Assembly: GCA_964016885.1 (NCBI GenBank)
Contig: OZ024762.1
Location: forward strand, 9,176,001 to 9,240,000
Source of the DNA: Eledone cirrhosa
Lineage: Eukaryota
DNA: 64,000 bases
Reading direction: 5' to 3'
Positions within the stretch are counted from its first letter, which is position 1. Every line of letters begins with the position of its first letter. A program made the position numbers and the translations under genes. This document shows, in pieces, positions 14,567-28,341 of the stretch. Under the pieces are notes generated by a model. The model was not told the origin of the DNA and did no database searches. It saw only the letters and a list, made by a program, of their open reading frames with translations.

Positions 14567-14760
14567 CGAAGGAGGTGTGGTAAGGAACCAGGTGGACCAT
14601 AACGCACCAGAGTACTCAAATCTTAGGGTAGTAGAGTGGGTAATAGGAAAATGTTTAACCCCGACGGCAGAGCTCAAGCCGTTTTGACGGCTATTTCTGG
14701 AGTCCAGAAATAGCCGTCGAAACGGCTTGAGCTCTGCCGTCGGGGTTAAACATTTTCCTA
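14565..14760 (-). mobile_element. PLE-like family B1 element with 5' fold-back
   Basis: Tail AACGAAGG..GGACCATAACGCACCAGAGTACTCAA..; inverted arms 14644-14700 and 14703-14760; (TA)n on both sides. Confidence 0.85.
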
Positions 14761-14775
14761 TATATATATATATAT

Positions 14776-14830
14776 GAAAGATTCAGGACCCCGACGGCTG
14801 AGCTCCGGCCGTTTCGACAGCTAGATCCGA

Positions 14831-14832
<2 letters not shown>
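14776..14832 (-). mobile_element. Family B2 fragment
   Basis: Matches 47135-47191. Confidence 0.75.
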
Positions 14833-14928
<96 letters not shown>

Positions 14929-15058
14929 AAAGTTCTATTTAAATTGTTGGGATACAACAAGCAAATATTGTTATAACTGGTATAAAAGCACTCAACAATT
15001 ATTTGGAGTAAAAATACGATATTAACAAATGGAAACTATATTTATAAAACCATATTTA

Positions 15059-15120
15059 TTTCATTATACATATTTCAAGGACACCAAGTTAAATTTATGG
15101 TGTGCTTTCATCAGACAAAA
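15059..15120 (-). ncRNA. Minimal hammerhead ribozyme (family A)
   Basis: CTGATGA-AAGCACACCA..TGGTGTCCTT-GAAA-TATGTA-TA. Confidence 0.7.
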
Positions 15121-15285
15121 TATAATATAGATCAGTTTTATAAAATAAATATTGACATACCCTTAAAAAATGCAACCATTACAGTTGGAAGCTCCCGGAT
15201 AGCCCCACTATCCATTTCCAACAGTAATGGTTGCATTTTTTTAAGGGTATGTCAATATTTATTTATAAAACTGATCTATATTATA

Positions 15286-15346
15286 TTTTGTCTGATGAAA
15301 GCACACCATAATTTAACTTGGTGTCCTTGAAATATGTATAATGAAA
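15286..15346 (+). ncRNA. Minimal hammerhead ribozyme (family A, inverted copy)
   Basis: TTTTGT-CTGATGA-AAGCACACCA taatttaact TGGTGTCCTT-GAAA-TATGTA-TA-ATGAAA. Confidence 0.7.
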
Positions 15347-15388
15347 TAAATATGGTTTTATAAATATAGTTTCCATTTGTTAATATCG

Positions 15389-15420
<32 letters not shown>

Positions 15421-15495
15421 TGTGTGTGTGTGAGTGTATGAAAATGTGAGAGTCCCAACACAGAAAATAACTGCAATAACAGTCGATCATTATCA

Positions 15496-15683
15496 ATAAT
15501 AGTTTCTGATTTAGGCAGAAGGCCAAGAATTTGGGGGAGGGGAGAGGTCGATCAATATATCAACCCCAGTGCGTTACTGCTACTTTATTTTAAAGCTAAC
15601 TTCAGCGAGATTTGAACGCAGAACGTAAAGGGATGTAACCATATACGACAAAGTAGAGTGTCCGATGCTCCACCGATTACTGC
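15496..15683 (-). mobile_element. S1 SINE (degenerate)
   Basis: S1 motifs with internal deletion. Confidence 0.75.
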
Positions 15684-15686
15684 TGT

Positions 15687-15795
15687 TGTGAACATTGAGA
15701 CGGGGAAAATAAGATATAGGTGCCACTGATTATATCAATATTTTGGTTTAGCTCTGCAATACCAGCTATCTTTTGGCGTACTTCAATGTTCACAA
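15687..15795. mobile_element. Small MITE-like inverted repeat
   Basis: TTGTGAACATTGA ... TCAATGTTCACAA. Confidence 0.4.
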
Positions 15796-15895
15796 TACTT
15801 TGTTTCGTGCGAGGAGACCACAGTGAAGAACAGTTTCTAAATTAGGGCCAGGTAAAGTAGAGTAGATTAGGGAAATGGTGTGAATTTCTCTAGAC

Positions 15896-16541
15896 CAGTG
15901 TTTCTCAACCGGGGTTCCCGAAAGCCTAGGGTGCCGCAAGAGGTTACTAGGGGTTCCGCGAGAAACAGTGATAAATAGGTTATTGAATTTAGATATTAAT
16001 AATTGTTTCTACTTTTGGCACAAGGCCAGCATTTAACCAGTGCATTACTGGTACTTTATTTTATCGATCCCGTAAGGATGAAAGGCAAAGTTAACCTCGG
16101 CGGATTTGAACTCAGAATGGCAAGGGCCGTAACTCTATGCGCCAAAGCATGGCGTCGACCCTCTACCGATACTGCCAATCCACCGCCCCCTTTAGATATT
16201 AATAATTGTTTCTACTTTTGGCACAAGGCCAGCATTTAACCAGTGCATTACTGGTACTTTATTTTATCGACACCGTAAGGATGAAAGGCAAAGTCAACTC
16301 GGCGGGATTTGAACTCAGATCGTAAAGGGACGTAACTATGCTGGAAAGCATGACGTCCGACCCTCTACCGATACTGCCAATCACCGCCTTTTATTGGAGC
16401 AATAATGAACTCAGATCGTAAAGGGACGTAACTATGCTGGAAAGCATGACGCCCGACCCTCTACCGATACTGCCCCGGGGGTTCCCCGAGACATGGATAC
16501 TATTTCAAGGGTTCCTTGGGTAAAGAGGTTGAGAAACGCTG
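15896..16541. mobile_element. hAT/Charlie-type MITE with nested SINEs
   Basis: TIRs CAGTGTTTCTCAACC / GGTTGAGAAACGCTG; exact 8-bp TSD CTCTAGAC at 15888-15895 and 16542-16549. Confidence 0.92.
15998..16473 (-). mobile_element. Two full and one partial S1 SINE in tandem, nested in the MITE
   Basis: S1 motifs at ~15998-16190, 16199-16390 and 16406-16473. Confidence 0.9.
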
Positions 16542-16812
16542 CTCTAGACCAAAAAGTTCTGAGAATCCAAGAACACACTCTGTGGGCCAAGTCAACTTTG
16601 TTGTTTATGTGAGTTCTTTAACTTAAGTTGTTAAAAAATTACTCCAAAATCTCTGGAGTTGTTTGATACGACGAGGGTTTCACGTGAGGGGAGGAGAATA
16701 TGGTATCTTAAATGTATCCCCTTTTCCAAAGTGGATTAATTCACATCTCGGTTATGGATGTAGGATCATCGTGGAGGGTTGGGGTATTTTTTTCATCAGC
16801 CAGACGGCCACA

Positions 16813-17012
16813 GTGTCGTTGTCGTTGTTGTTGTGGTTGTTGTTGTTGTTGTTGTTGTTGTTGTCGTCGTTGTTGTTGTCGGTGTTGTTGTTGTTGTTGT
16901 TGTTGTGTTGTTGTCAGTGTTGTTGTTGCTGTTGTTGTTGTTGTAGTGTTGTTGTTGTTGTTGTTGTTAGTGTTGTTGTTGTTGTTGTTGTTGTTAGTGT
17001 TGTTGTTGTTAG

Positions 17013-17043
<31 letters not shown>

Positions 17044-18148
17044 GATGATGTTGGTGTTGTTATTGTTGTTGTTGTTGTTGTTGTTGTCGGTGTTGTTGCT
17101 GTTGTTGTTATTAGTGTTGATGTTGTTGTTGTTGACGGTGTTGTTGTTGCTGTTGTTGTTGTTGTTGATGTCTGTGACGGAAAAGTTGGAAGAGGAAGAG
17201 AAAGAGAAGGAGAAAAATGAATACGATGATAATGATGGTGAGGAGGAGGTAGGGGAAGGAGAGGAGGGGGAGGAAGAGGAAAATTGATGACGATGATGAT
17301 ACGATGATGGTGAGGAGGAGGAGGAGGTGAACAAAAGGTGACGATGATAATGGTGATGATGATGAAGATAATGACCATCGTGATGGTGATGATGGGGAGG
17401 CGAAGGGGAAGCTAAATGACACAACACTGTGAGGTAGTTTATATCTGACCCGGCCCTCAACCACCACCATTGCCACCAACGCCACCACTACCACCACCAC
17501 CACCACCACAAACACTACCACCACCACCACCACAAACACTACCACCACCACCACTACCACCACCACAACACCACTATAACCACTACCACCACCACAAACA
17601 CTACCACACTACCACCACCACCACCACCAACAACAACAACAAGACCACCACCACCAACCCCACCAATGCCACCACCACCAATAACAACACTACCACCACC
17701 ACCAACACCACCACACCACCACCACCACCACCAACTCCACCACTACCACCACCACCAACACCACCACACCACCACCACTATAACTACAACCACCAACACC
17801 ACCACCACTACTAACACCACCACCACTACCACCACCACCACACCACCACCACCAACACCACCAATACCACCACCACCAATAACAACACTACCACCACCAC
17901 CAACACCACCACCACACCACCACTATAACTACAACCACCACCACCACCACCACTACTAACACCACCACCACTACCACACCACCACCACCAACCCCACCAA
18001 TACCACCACCACCAATAACAACACTACCACCACCACCAACCCCACCAATACCACCACCACCAATAACAACACTACCACCACCACCAACACCACGAATACC
18101 ACCACCACCATATAACAACCACCACCACCACCCCACGCACCACCACCA
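16813..18148. repeat. (GTT)n, GA-rich and (CAC)n low-complexity tracts
   Basis: Direct reading. Confidence 0.92.
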
Positions 18149-18452
18149 TGAAAATAAAAACTGAGATAAAACATATATAGAGTGTACAGTACACCATACA
18201 CAGCACACTGTACTGTGTTACTATACTGTACAGTACAATACACTATACAGTGTAGCATATATTGTCATCTACATATGATGTACTTTACTCTGCTGTCCAC
18301 CACACGCCATCCCTCTTCTCTGTATCATCAGTTGTTGCTGTTATGCTGACAGATGTAATCCTATCTCTAATCCCAACCAGATAAGACAACTTTATCCGAC
18401 CGATTAATGCTCTAACTCTACTGATTTTTACCGTGAAGTACACACACACAGA

Positions 18453-18535
<83 letters not shown>

Positions 18536-18761
18536 TATATGTGTGTGTGTGTGTGTGTAAATATATATATGTATATATATATATGTGTGTGTATATATAC
18601 TATATAATATATATATGTATACTAAATACAGATGTATATATATACATACATATATATGTGTACTATATACATATGTATATGTATGTATGCATGTATATAT
18701 ATATATATATATACATGTATACATATACATACACATATTTATATTGTACATATATATATAC

Positions 18762-18797
<36 letters not shown>

Positions 18798-19101
18798 TTA
18801 TATATATAATGTATATGTATATATGTATATATATGTCTATATATATATATATATACATATATATATTTATGTATATATCTATATATCTATATGTACAATA
18901 TATATATATATATACATATATATATGTACAATATATATTAATACATATATATATGTACAATATATAAACATATATATATGCATATATATAAATGCATATA
19001 TATCTATATATACGTATATATATATATACATATATATATATACAAGAAAGAGAAGTGCATAGCTATGACGTGTATGCATGTATGCGCGTGCGCGTGTATG
19101 T

Positions 19102-19140
<39 letters not shown>

Positions 19141-19228
19141 TATGTGTGTGTATGTGTGTTTGTGTGCGTGTTTGTGTGTGTGTCATATTTATATCATCAA
19201 CAGTTATGGCGTAACATTAGTCAAGAGA

Positions 19229-19380
19229 TGACGAAGTATGACGTCATTAAACCGTAACCAATCCGTACAGTTTGTAGTATTATCTGCAGTGAAGTGACGT
19301 CATTGAAACATAGACTATATCTGTTGTCAACATGTTACGGGACCCAACAGGGACCTTGTCACGTGGTATAAATGACGTCA
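19229..19380. promoter_or_regulatory. Cluster of three perfect CRE sites plus E-box, CCAAT and TATA-like motif
   Basis: TGACGTCA at 19239, 19295 and 19373; GTCACGTG 19358; TATAAA 19367; CCAAT ~19258. Function is inferred. Confidence 0.45.
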
Positions 19381-19404
19381 CTACAGTGTCGATGAAAACT
19401 TGGG

Positions 19405-19738
19405 TATGATTTAGGCAGAAGGTCAAACAAATTTGGGGAAGGGAGGCGAGGAGAAAGTCGAGGAAATCGACCCCAGTGCATTACTGGTACTTTATTTTAT
19501 CGACCCCGTAAGGATGAAAGGTAAAGCTAGACTTGGCGTGATTTGAACTCAGACCGTAAAGGGCCGTAACTCTATGATGCAAAGCATTACGTCCGACCTT
19601 TGCATAAAGTTTTTAAATATTTGTTTCTACTTTTGGCACAAGGCCAGCAATTATCGCAGTGCATTACTGGTACTTTATTTTATTGACCCCGTAACGATGT
19701 AAGGTAAAGCTAAACGTGACGTGATTTGAACTCAGACC
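19405..19738 (-). mobile_element. Two tandem S1 SINEs
   Basis: S1 core motif twice. Confidence 0.87.
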
Positions 19739-19958
19739 ATATCGGCTGTGTGTGTTCAGACCTGGGTAGAAGGGTTCCTCCTCATTTTAAAGGCGTCGTA
19801 AATCACAGCGGTGACCCCCACGGCTCAGCCATGAGTTACCAGTCCATAAATACATACAAAAGACGATGACGTGGCAGATCGTTAGAGCGTCGGACAGAAT
19901 ACCTTGCAGCATATTTTAGGTGTCGATAAATAAAGTACCGGTCTATATCTCTCTCCAT

Positions 19959-20070
<112 letters not shown>

Positions 20071-20141
20071 ACACAATCTCTTTTTCTTTATTAAGTCTTA
20101 ACATTCTGTAATGATTTAGCAGAAAATAGCTAAATAAGGGT

Positions 20142-20480
20142 TTGTTAATTCAAATGTTTATAGTATATTCATTAGTGGACAGATTGTTAAAATTTGCAGT
20201 GTTAGAGGAAGGCTTTAATATTTAATGTGATGCAGGCATAGTGTTTGTTTTGTATTTTTTACTTTCCAAGAATGTCTTTCTAATGTGGTTTCACGTGGTT
20301 TTTTTACTTCAAATGTTTATAGTATCTTTACTAGTGGACAGATTGATGTGAAAATTTGCAGTATTATAGTAAAGACTTTAATATTTAATATGATGCAGTC
20401 ATAGTGTTGTTGTTTTTTACTTTTCAAGAATGTCTTGTTTATGTGGTTTCATGTGGTTTGTTAATTCAAATGTTGATAGA
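20142..20480. repeat. ~160-bp direct duplication (two copies plus a partial)
   Basis: TTCAAATGTTTATAGTA..AGTGGACAGATTG..CAAGAATGTCTT repeated. Confidence 0.85.
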
Positions 20481-20598
20481 TCTTGAAGGTTTCAGATATC
20501 GTGGCCATTTATAGCTTAAGAATTATAGAACTGTGTTCTTTTTGCCAAGAATCTAACTTCAGTCATAGTTTTATCCAAGTGGATTGGTATGTATGTAA

Positions 20599-20908
20599 GT
20601 GAAGGCGCATGGCTTAGTGGTTAGAGCTTGCAATCGGGAGGTTGTGAGTTCGGAACTCGGACCAGGTGATGAGTTGTGTCCTTGAGCAAGACACTATTTC
20701 ATTTTGTTCCAGTTTACTCAGCTGGTACCAAGCTGTATCGGCCATTGACTTTCCCTTGGATAACATCGGTGGTCTGGAGAGGGGAGACTGGTATACATGG
20801 GCGACTGCTGGTCTCCCACAAACAACCTTACCCGGACTTGTGCCTCGGTGGGGAACTTTCTGGGCGCAAATCCCATGGTCATATGTGACCAATGGGGTCT
20901 TTACCTCA
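20599..20908 (+). mobile_element. tRNA-derived SINE family S2 (CORE-like domain)
   Basis: A box TGGCTTAGTGG, B box GAGTTCGGAAC, TGTGTCCTTGAGCAAGACACT resembling the CORE domain. Confidence 0.8.
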
Positions 20909-20936
20909 TGTCTGTCTGTCTGTCTGTCTGTTTGTT

Positions 20937-21434
20937 TGTATGTGTCAATAAATAAATATATATACATGTACACATATATGTATATATATATGTATGTATA
21001 TTTATATATGTATGTGTCTACATAAATAAATATATATACATGTACACATATATGTATGTATATATATGTATGTATATTTATATATGTATGTGTCTACATA
21101 AATAAATATATATACATGTACACATATATGTATGTATATATATGTATGTATATTTATATATGTATGTGTCTACATAAATAAATATATATACATGTACACA
21201 TATATGTATGTATATATATGTATGTATATTTATATATGTATGCGTCGACATAAATAAATATATATACATGTACACATATATGTATGTATATATATGTATG
21301 TATATTTATATATGTATGTGTCTACATAAATAAATATATATACATGTACACATATATGTATGTATATATATGTATGTATATTTATATATGTATGTGACTA
21401 CATAAATATGTATATATGCATGTACACATATATG

Positions 21435-21465
<31 letters not shown>

Positions 21466-22038
21466 TTATATATGTATGTGTCTACATAAATAAATATATA
21501 TACATGTACACATATATGTATGTATATATGTGTATGTATATTTATATATGTATGTGGTCTACATAAATAAATATATATACATGTACACATATATGTATGT
21601 ATATATATGTATGTATATTTATATATGTATGTGTCTACATAAATAAATATATATACATGTACACATATATGTATGTATATATATGTATGTATATTTATAT
21701 ATGTATGTGTCTACATAAATAAATATATATACATGTACACATATATGTATGTATATATATGTATGTATATTTATATATGTATGTGTCGACAAATAAATAT
21801 ATATACATGTACACATATATGTATGTATATATATGTATGTATATTTATATATGTATGTGGTCTACATAAATTAAATATATATACATGTACACATATATGT
21901 ATGTATATATATGTATGTATATTTATATATGTATGTGACTACATAAATATGTATATATGCATGCACGTATACATGTGTTTATGTATGTACGTATATTTAT
22001 ATATTTACGTATCTACATAAATAAAAATATATACATGC
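20937..22038. repeat. 76-bp minisatellite built from TA/TATG microsatellite, ~14 copies
   Basis: GTCTACATAAATAAATATATATACATGTACAC.. recurs every 76 bp (21018, 21094...). Confidence 0.92.
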
Positions 22039-22340
22039 ACATAATACACATATATATATATATATGTATGTATGTATGTAGGTAGGTAGATAGGAAAATA
22101 TGGAGCTATGTTAATCAGTAGGTATGTAGGTAGGTAAGTAGTTATGTAGGTAGGTAAAATAAGTGTGTAGGTAGGTAGGTTGTAATTAGGTAGTTAGGTA
22201 GGCAGGTAAGATATGAGCTAAACTATAATGTAAGGTAGATATATCTATCGGTATATCTCGTTTGTATTATAATTTTTTTCTAATTTTATTACACAGACTC
22301 AGACAGACATTCGCACACATATATATATATAAACACACTC

Positions 22341-22373
<33 letters not shown>

Positions 22374-22382
22374 ATAAAATCA

Positions 22383-22441
<59 letters not shown>

Positions 22442-22624
22442 TATATACACATATATATATGTAATAAAATCATGAAAATTATATACATATACAATATATA
22501 TATATACACATATATATATGTAATAAAATCATGAAAATTATATACATATACACACATATATATATACACATATATATATATGTATACATATATACACATA
22601 TATATATGTAATAAAATCATGAGC

Positions 22625-22675
<51 letters not shown>

Positions 22676-22981
22676 TATCATTTTTTTAAAATCTATCAAT
22701 TTAATATTTAATATATCTGCTTTTGAAATAAACATCAAAATATATTTCAATAAATACATTTTTATTCTTCTTTCTAGCCTCACAGAATTTACATCTATGA
22801 TAGGGACAGGGGGGGAATGTTTTAAGAAAAATTGAAGAAAAGTCTTTTAAAATGGTGGCAGCAAAGAGCTTGTTAGTCCTTCAGGCTAACTCTTCTGCGT
22901 TAGAGACAAAGAAAAGCTTATGGTCAGATATATCCATTACTCTCTACTTATTTTACGTATTGTATTGCTCCTTTCTTTTTT

Positions 22982-23063
<82 letters not shown>

Positions 23064-23394
23064 TGTATGTATGTATATATATTACCTTTCCTCTGATTAA
23101 ATCTATTTGAAAATCACTCCGACGCCATTTTAATATAGAGAGATGAAGGATAAGTGAGGGGGTGGCTTTATTAATCAATATCTCTTCTCAATTTTCCAGC
23201 GACAAATTGCTAGTGGTATAAACGGTATAGATTTTCATGAGAATAAAATTCATCGCAATCCAATCTTCCATTAATATCATAGAAACGATTTTCTCATTTC
23301 ATTCTTATTTATCCTCTCTCTCTCCCCCTCTCTCTCTCTCCATCTATCTACCAGTCTATCTATCTACCAGTCTATCTATCTATCTATCTACCAG

Positions 23395-23487
<93 letters not shown>

Positions 23488-23507
23488 CTATCTGTCTACT
23501 GTCCAGC

Positions 23508-23554
<47 letters not shown>

Positions 23555-23755
23555 ATAGATCTCTCTCTATCTATCTATCTATCTATCTACCTATCTATCT
23601 CTATCCATCCATCTATCTATCTCTATTTTCTTCTCGTGTTGTTTGTTATTGTTTTGTTGTTGTTGTTGTTGTTGTTGTTGCTGTTGTTGCTACCATTATT
23701 GCTATAATTATTATCATCATCATCATTATCATCATTATCATCATTATCATTATTA

Positions 23756-23788
<33 letters not shown>

Positions 23789-23924
23789 GATATTTATTTT
23801 TATAAACTTTTTCTCTGTCTCTCTCTCTCTCTATTTTTATTTTCATTTTTTATTTTCAAATTATATTCTTGTCTCAATTAAATTGATCTGAATGGCATTG
23901 AACTCCTATCCCAGTTACGTTGGC

Positions 23925-23962
<38 letters not shown>

Positions 23963-24110
23963 CGTTTCGCCTTATTTTTCTTTATCGATGATAAATAGTA
24001 TCGATTACCTTTATAGTTTAATCTCCGCCACCCCCACCACCACCACCACCAGCACCACCACCTCTCTCGTCTCCCTCACTCTTTCTTTCTCTCTCTTTAT
24101 CTATCTATGT

Positions 24111-24187
<77 letters not shown>

Positions 24188-24204
24188 GCTTCTCTCTCTA
24201 CTTG

Positions 24205-24269
<65 letters not shown>

Positions 24270-24270
<1 letters not shown>

Positions 24271-24455
24271 ACGAAGGAAGTGTGGTAAGGAACCAGATGG
24301 ACCATAACGCACCAGAGTACTCAATACTTAGGGTAGTCGAGTGGGTAATAGGAAAAGGTTTAACCCCCGACGCAGAGCTCAAGCCGTTTCGACGGCTATT
24401 TCCAGAAATAGCCGTCGAAAACGGCTTGAGCTCTGCCGTCGGGGTTAAACCTTTT

Positions 24456-24459
<4 letters not shown>
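24270..24459 (-). mobile_element. Family B1 element with fold-back
   Basis: Same tail as 14565; apex GACGGCTATTTC-CA-GAAATAGCCGTC. Confidence 0.85.
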
Positions 24460-24503
<44 letters not shown>

Positions 24504-24577
24504 TCTCTCTCTCTCTCTCTCTCTTTATCTATCTGAATATATATCTTTCTCTCTATCATCTATATAATCTTTCCCTA

Positions 24578-24608
<31 letters not shown>

Positions 24609-24957
24609 TCATCTATCTATCTATCTATCTATCTATCTATATAACCCCCCCCCCCTCTCTCCTACATATCCATCTCTCTCGCCCTCACCCTAGCCGATAT
24701 CTTCTACTCTCTCCCCCCTCTCTTTCTTTCTCTTTTCCCCCTCTCTACCCCTGCCCCACCAAACCGCACTCCTACTCTTCTCTATCTTCTCCTGTCATCT
24801 CCCCGCCATTTTCTGACGTGGAAAGGCGGCGGTTGGCGATTTTTTTAACTCGAAATGGACAAATAATTTGAGGCGAAATATTTTCAGTTTTACACATTTT
24901 ATAATACAGTATTTAGTTGAAATTTCTTGTTCCACCCTCATTCTCCCACCTCCTTCA

Positions 24958-25076
<119 letters not shown>

Positions 25077-25083
25077 ATATATG

Positions 25084-25128
<45 letters not shown>

Positions 25129-25307
25129 GTATATATACATATATATTTATATACATATATATATATATACATATATACATATATATATCATATAATATAT
25201 ATATATATATGTATATGTGTGTATATATATATATATATGTATATAAATATATATGTATATATACGTTTATATATATATATACATACATATATAAATATAT
25301 ATGTATA

Positions 25308-25397
<90 letters not shown>

Positions 25398-25407
25398 TAT
25401 ATGAATA

Positions 25408-25453
<46 letters not shown>

Positions 25454-25559
25454 TAAATATATATACGTATATATATAATATATATTTATGTATATGTATA
25501 TATTATATGTATATATATGTATATATATATGTATATATATACATATATGTATATATATG

Positions 25560-25613
<54 letters not shown>

Positions 25614-25617
25614 CATA

Positions 25618-25661
<44 letters not shown>

Positions 25662-25785
25662 GAGGTTGTGTCATACTTTTAATGGATTCCTTCTCTAAAA
25701 TATTAACAATTTAATTAGCCCCACAGAACATAGTAAGATAGAAACGTGTGTGTGTGTGTGTATGAGGGTGGTAAACAGACTGCTT

Positions 25786-25816
<31 letters not shown>

Positions 25817-25819
25817 GTA

Positions 25820-26095
<276 letters not shown>

Positions 26096-26096
26096 T

Positions 26097-26272
<176 letters not shown>

Positions 26273-26310
26273 TGTATGTATATATATATATATATTTATG
26301 AATATATGAA

Positions 26311-26875
26311 TAGTATATTTGGCCATATACTGTATGCTTAATTAAAAACATTTAGACCAGGACTTTTCAACCTGGTCCATGTGGACCACTAGTGGTCCAC
26401 AGGAAAATTCAGATGGTCTACAGAAAATTTTCAATAGCAAATTCTTTTTTGATCCATGCATTTGACTTAAAGCGCTGTTCTTATTCTTCGCATAAGTACG
26501 ACTTCAGCTGTTTATTTCCGTAGATTTTTAGGCACTGCGACATGATAATAGCCTTTTCTAATTCATTGAAAAAAACATCTACTGATGCTTATAAGTAGCA
26601 GTTCTATTATAAAAGATTTAAAAGTTTAGGTGGTCCAAAGGAAAAAATTACTTATGTTGGTGGTCCACAGCGAAATAAAGGTTGAGAACCCCTGATTTAG
26701 ACCATTCGCTATGAGTTTTAAAGTAGTGACTGTGTCACTTGCTTATTCTCAGCAAATTACAACAGAGTTATTTGCCGAGAATTAGTAAGTGACATAGTTA
26801 CTACTTTAAAACTCATAGCGAATGGTCTTCTAAATGTTTTTAATTAAACATACAGTATATTGCCAAATATACTGT
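26311..26875. mobile_element. Fold-back element (family G), left arm interrupted by a MITE
   Basis: 26311-26357 plus 26703-26757 are the reverse complement of ~26769-26873. Confidence 0.75.
26358..26694. mobile_element. hAT/Charlie-type MITE, 337 bp
   Basis: TIRs CAGGACTTTTCAACCT / AGGTTGAGAACCCCTG; exact 8-bp TSD ATTTAGAC; subterminal GTGGTCCA repeats. Confidence 0.93.
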
Positions 26876-26924
26876 ACATACATTCGTGTACACATCGCTA
26901 TTTCAGAGCACCAATACTAATACC

Positions 26925-26971
<47 letters not shown>

Positions 26972-26975
<4 letters not shown>

Positions 26976-27075
26976 TGTTATACTTGGGGAGGGTCATATT
27001 GTTGTAATAATATTGCCAGAAATAATAACAGAACACACTCACTGTTTGGTTGGTTTTCGCTTCTGTATCTTTTAT
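26972..27075 (-). mobile_element. Family H terminal fragment
   Basis: TATTGTTATACTTGGGGAGGGTCAT.. matches 48391-48460. Confidence 0.65.
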
Positions 27076-27144
27076 ATCTCCATAGTTAATTCATTTGGCA
27101 ATCAATGTTTATCATTGATTGACCAACGGTTAAAAATACAGATA

Positions 27145-27180
<36 letters not shown>

Positions 27181-27449
27181 TGTAATAAACAACATAAGGC
27201 AATTATTCCATTTACCAGTGGTTTCTTAAAAGCAAAAAATTTTGCTTTCAATCCTCAGAATGAAAAAATCCTGGTCATATATATATATATATATAGTCTA
27301 TCAAAGTTCTTTCGTTGCACATCTGCAACATCATCAGTGGTACTATTATGTCCCCTCCTATTGTAATGTATTGTATTGTCTACGCCATTTTTGCGCCAAA
27401 TATTATTAATAGTAATAAATGGAAAATATCACTCTAACATCATATATGT

Positions 27450-27505
27450 TTTTATTATACGTATTTCAAGGATACCAAATTATGGTAAGCTTTCATCAGA
27501 TAAAA
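27450..27505 (-). ncRNA. Minimal type-I hammerhead ribozyme (family A, best-preserved copy)
   Basis: Minus: TTTTAT-CTGATGA-AAGCTTACCA taatt TGGTATCCTT-GAAA-T ACGT A-TA-ATAAAA; 6-bp stem I, palindromic loop III. Confidence 0.8.
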
Positions 27506-27719
27506 TATAATGTTTGATGTATAAGATAGTGACATACCCAAAATACAAACCTTCATCTTTGGCTTACAGTCGCCATGTGGAGCAAAACTCAAAATTTCAC
27601 AAGTTATACCTTAACAGGGATATATTGAACAGATAAAAAAAACTGTTAGTTTAGACGCTAAAGAATTTTGGAAAATAGTGTGTTTATATAATCATCAAGA
27701 AAGCATATAACTCATTGTT

Positions 27720-28082
<363 letters not shown>

Positions 28083-28140
28083 ACCCATGTGCAACCACGC
28101 AGCACTCCATTTTTCTTATATATATATATATAAGTTTAGT

Positions 28141-28200
28141 CGTGATGATTTCTCCCGAATGAAACAGTTCTAGTCCTGTAGAAGCCTTTTCTATATCAAA
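28141..28200 (+). mobile_element. Family C fragment
   Basis: TGATGATTTCTCCCGAATGAAACAGTTCTAGTCCTGTAGAAGCC. Confidence 0.75.
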
Positions 28201-28284
28201 TATATATATATAAATTTGTATATTTTGATTATGAGAATATTTTTCATTTATTAATATTTTGAATTATATATATATATATATATA

Positions 28285-28341
28285 TACTCTTTTACTCTTT
28301 TACCTGTTCCAGCCATCCGGCTGAGGCCATGCTGGGGCACC
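28285..28341 (-). mobile_element. SINE 3' tail fragment
   Basis: Minus GGTGCCCCAGCATGGCC..GGAACAGG(TAAAAGAG)2; degenerate relative at ~2135-2175; assignment from recollection of octopus SINE tails. Confidence 0.55.

Larger units (their letters stand above)
14926..15390 (-). mobile_element. PLE-like family A element with ~175-bp inverted duplication
   Basis: Arms ~15016-15190 and 15214-15390; 3' tail 14926-15015 also present reversed at 42260-42355. Confidence 0.85.

Noticed and set aside
14644-14760. Fold-back families as DNA-transposon MITEs
   Set aside because: Asymmetric (one arm continues into a unique tail), variable arm length and HHR motifs fit PLE 5' inversions better; not formally excluded
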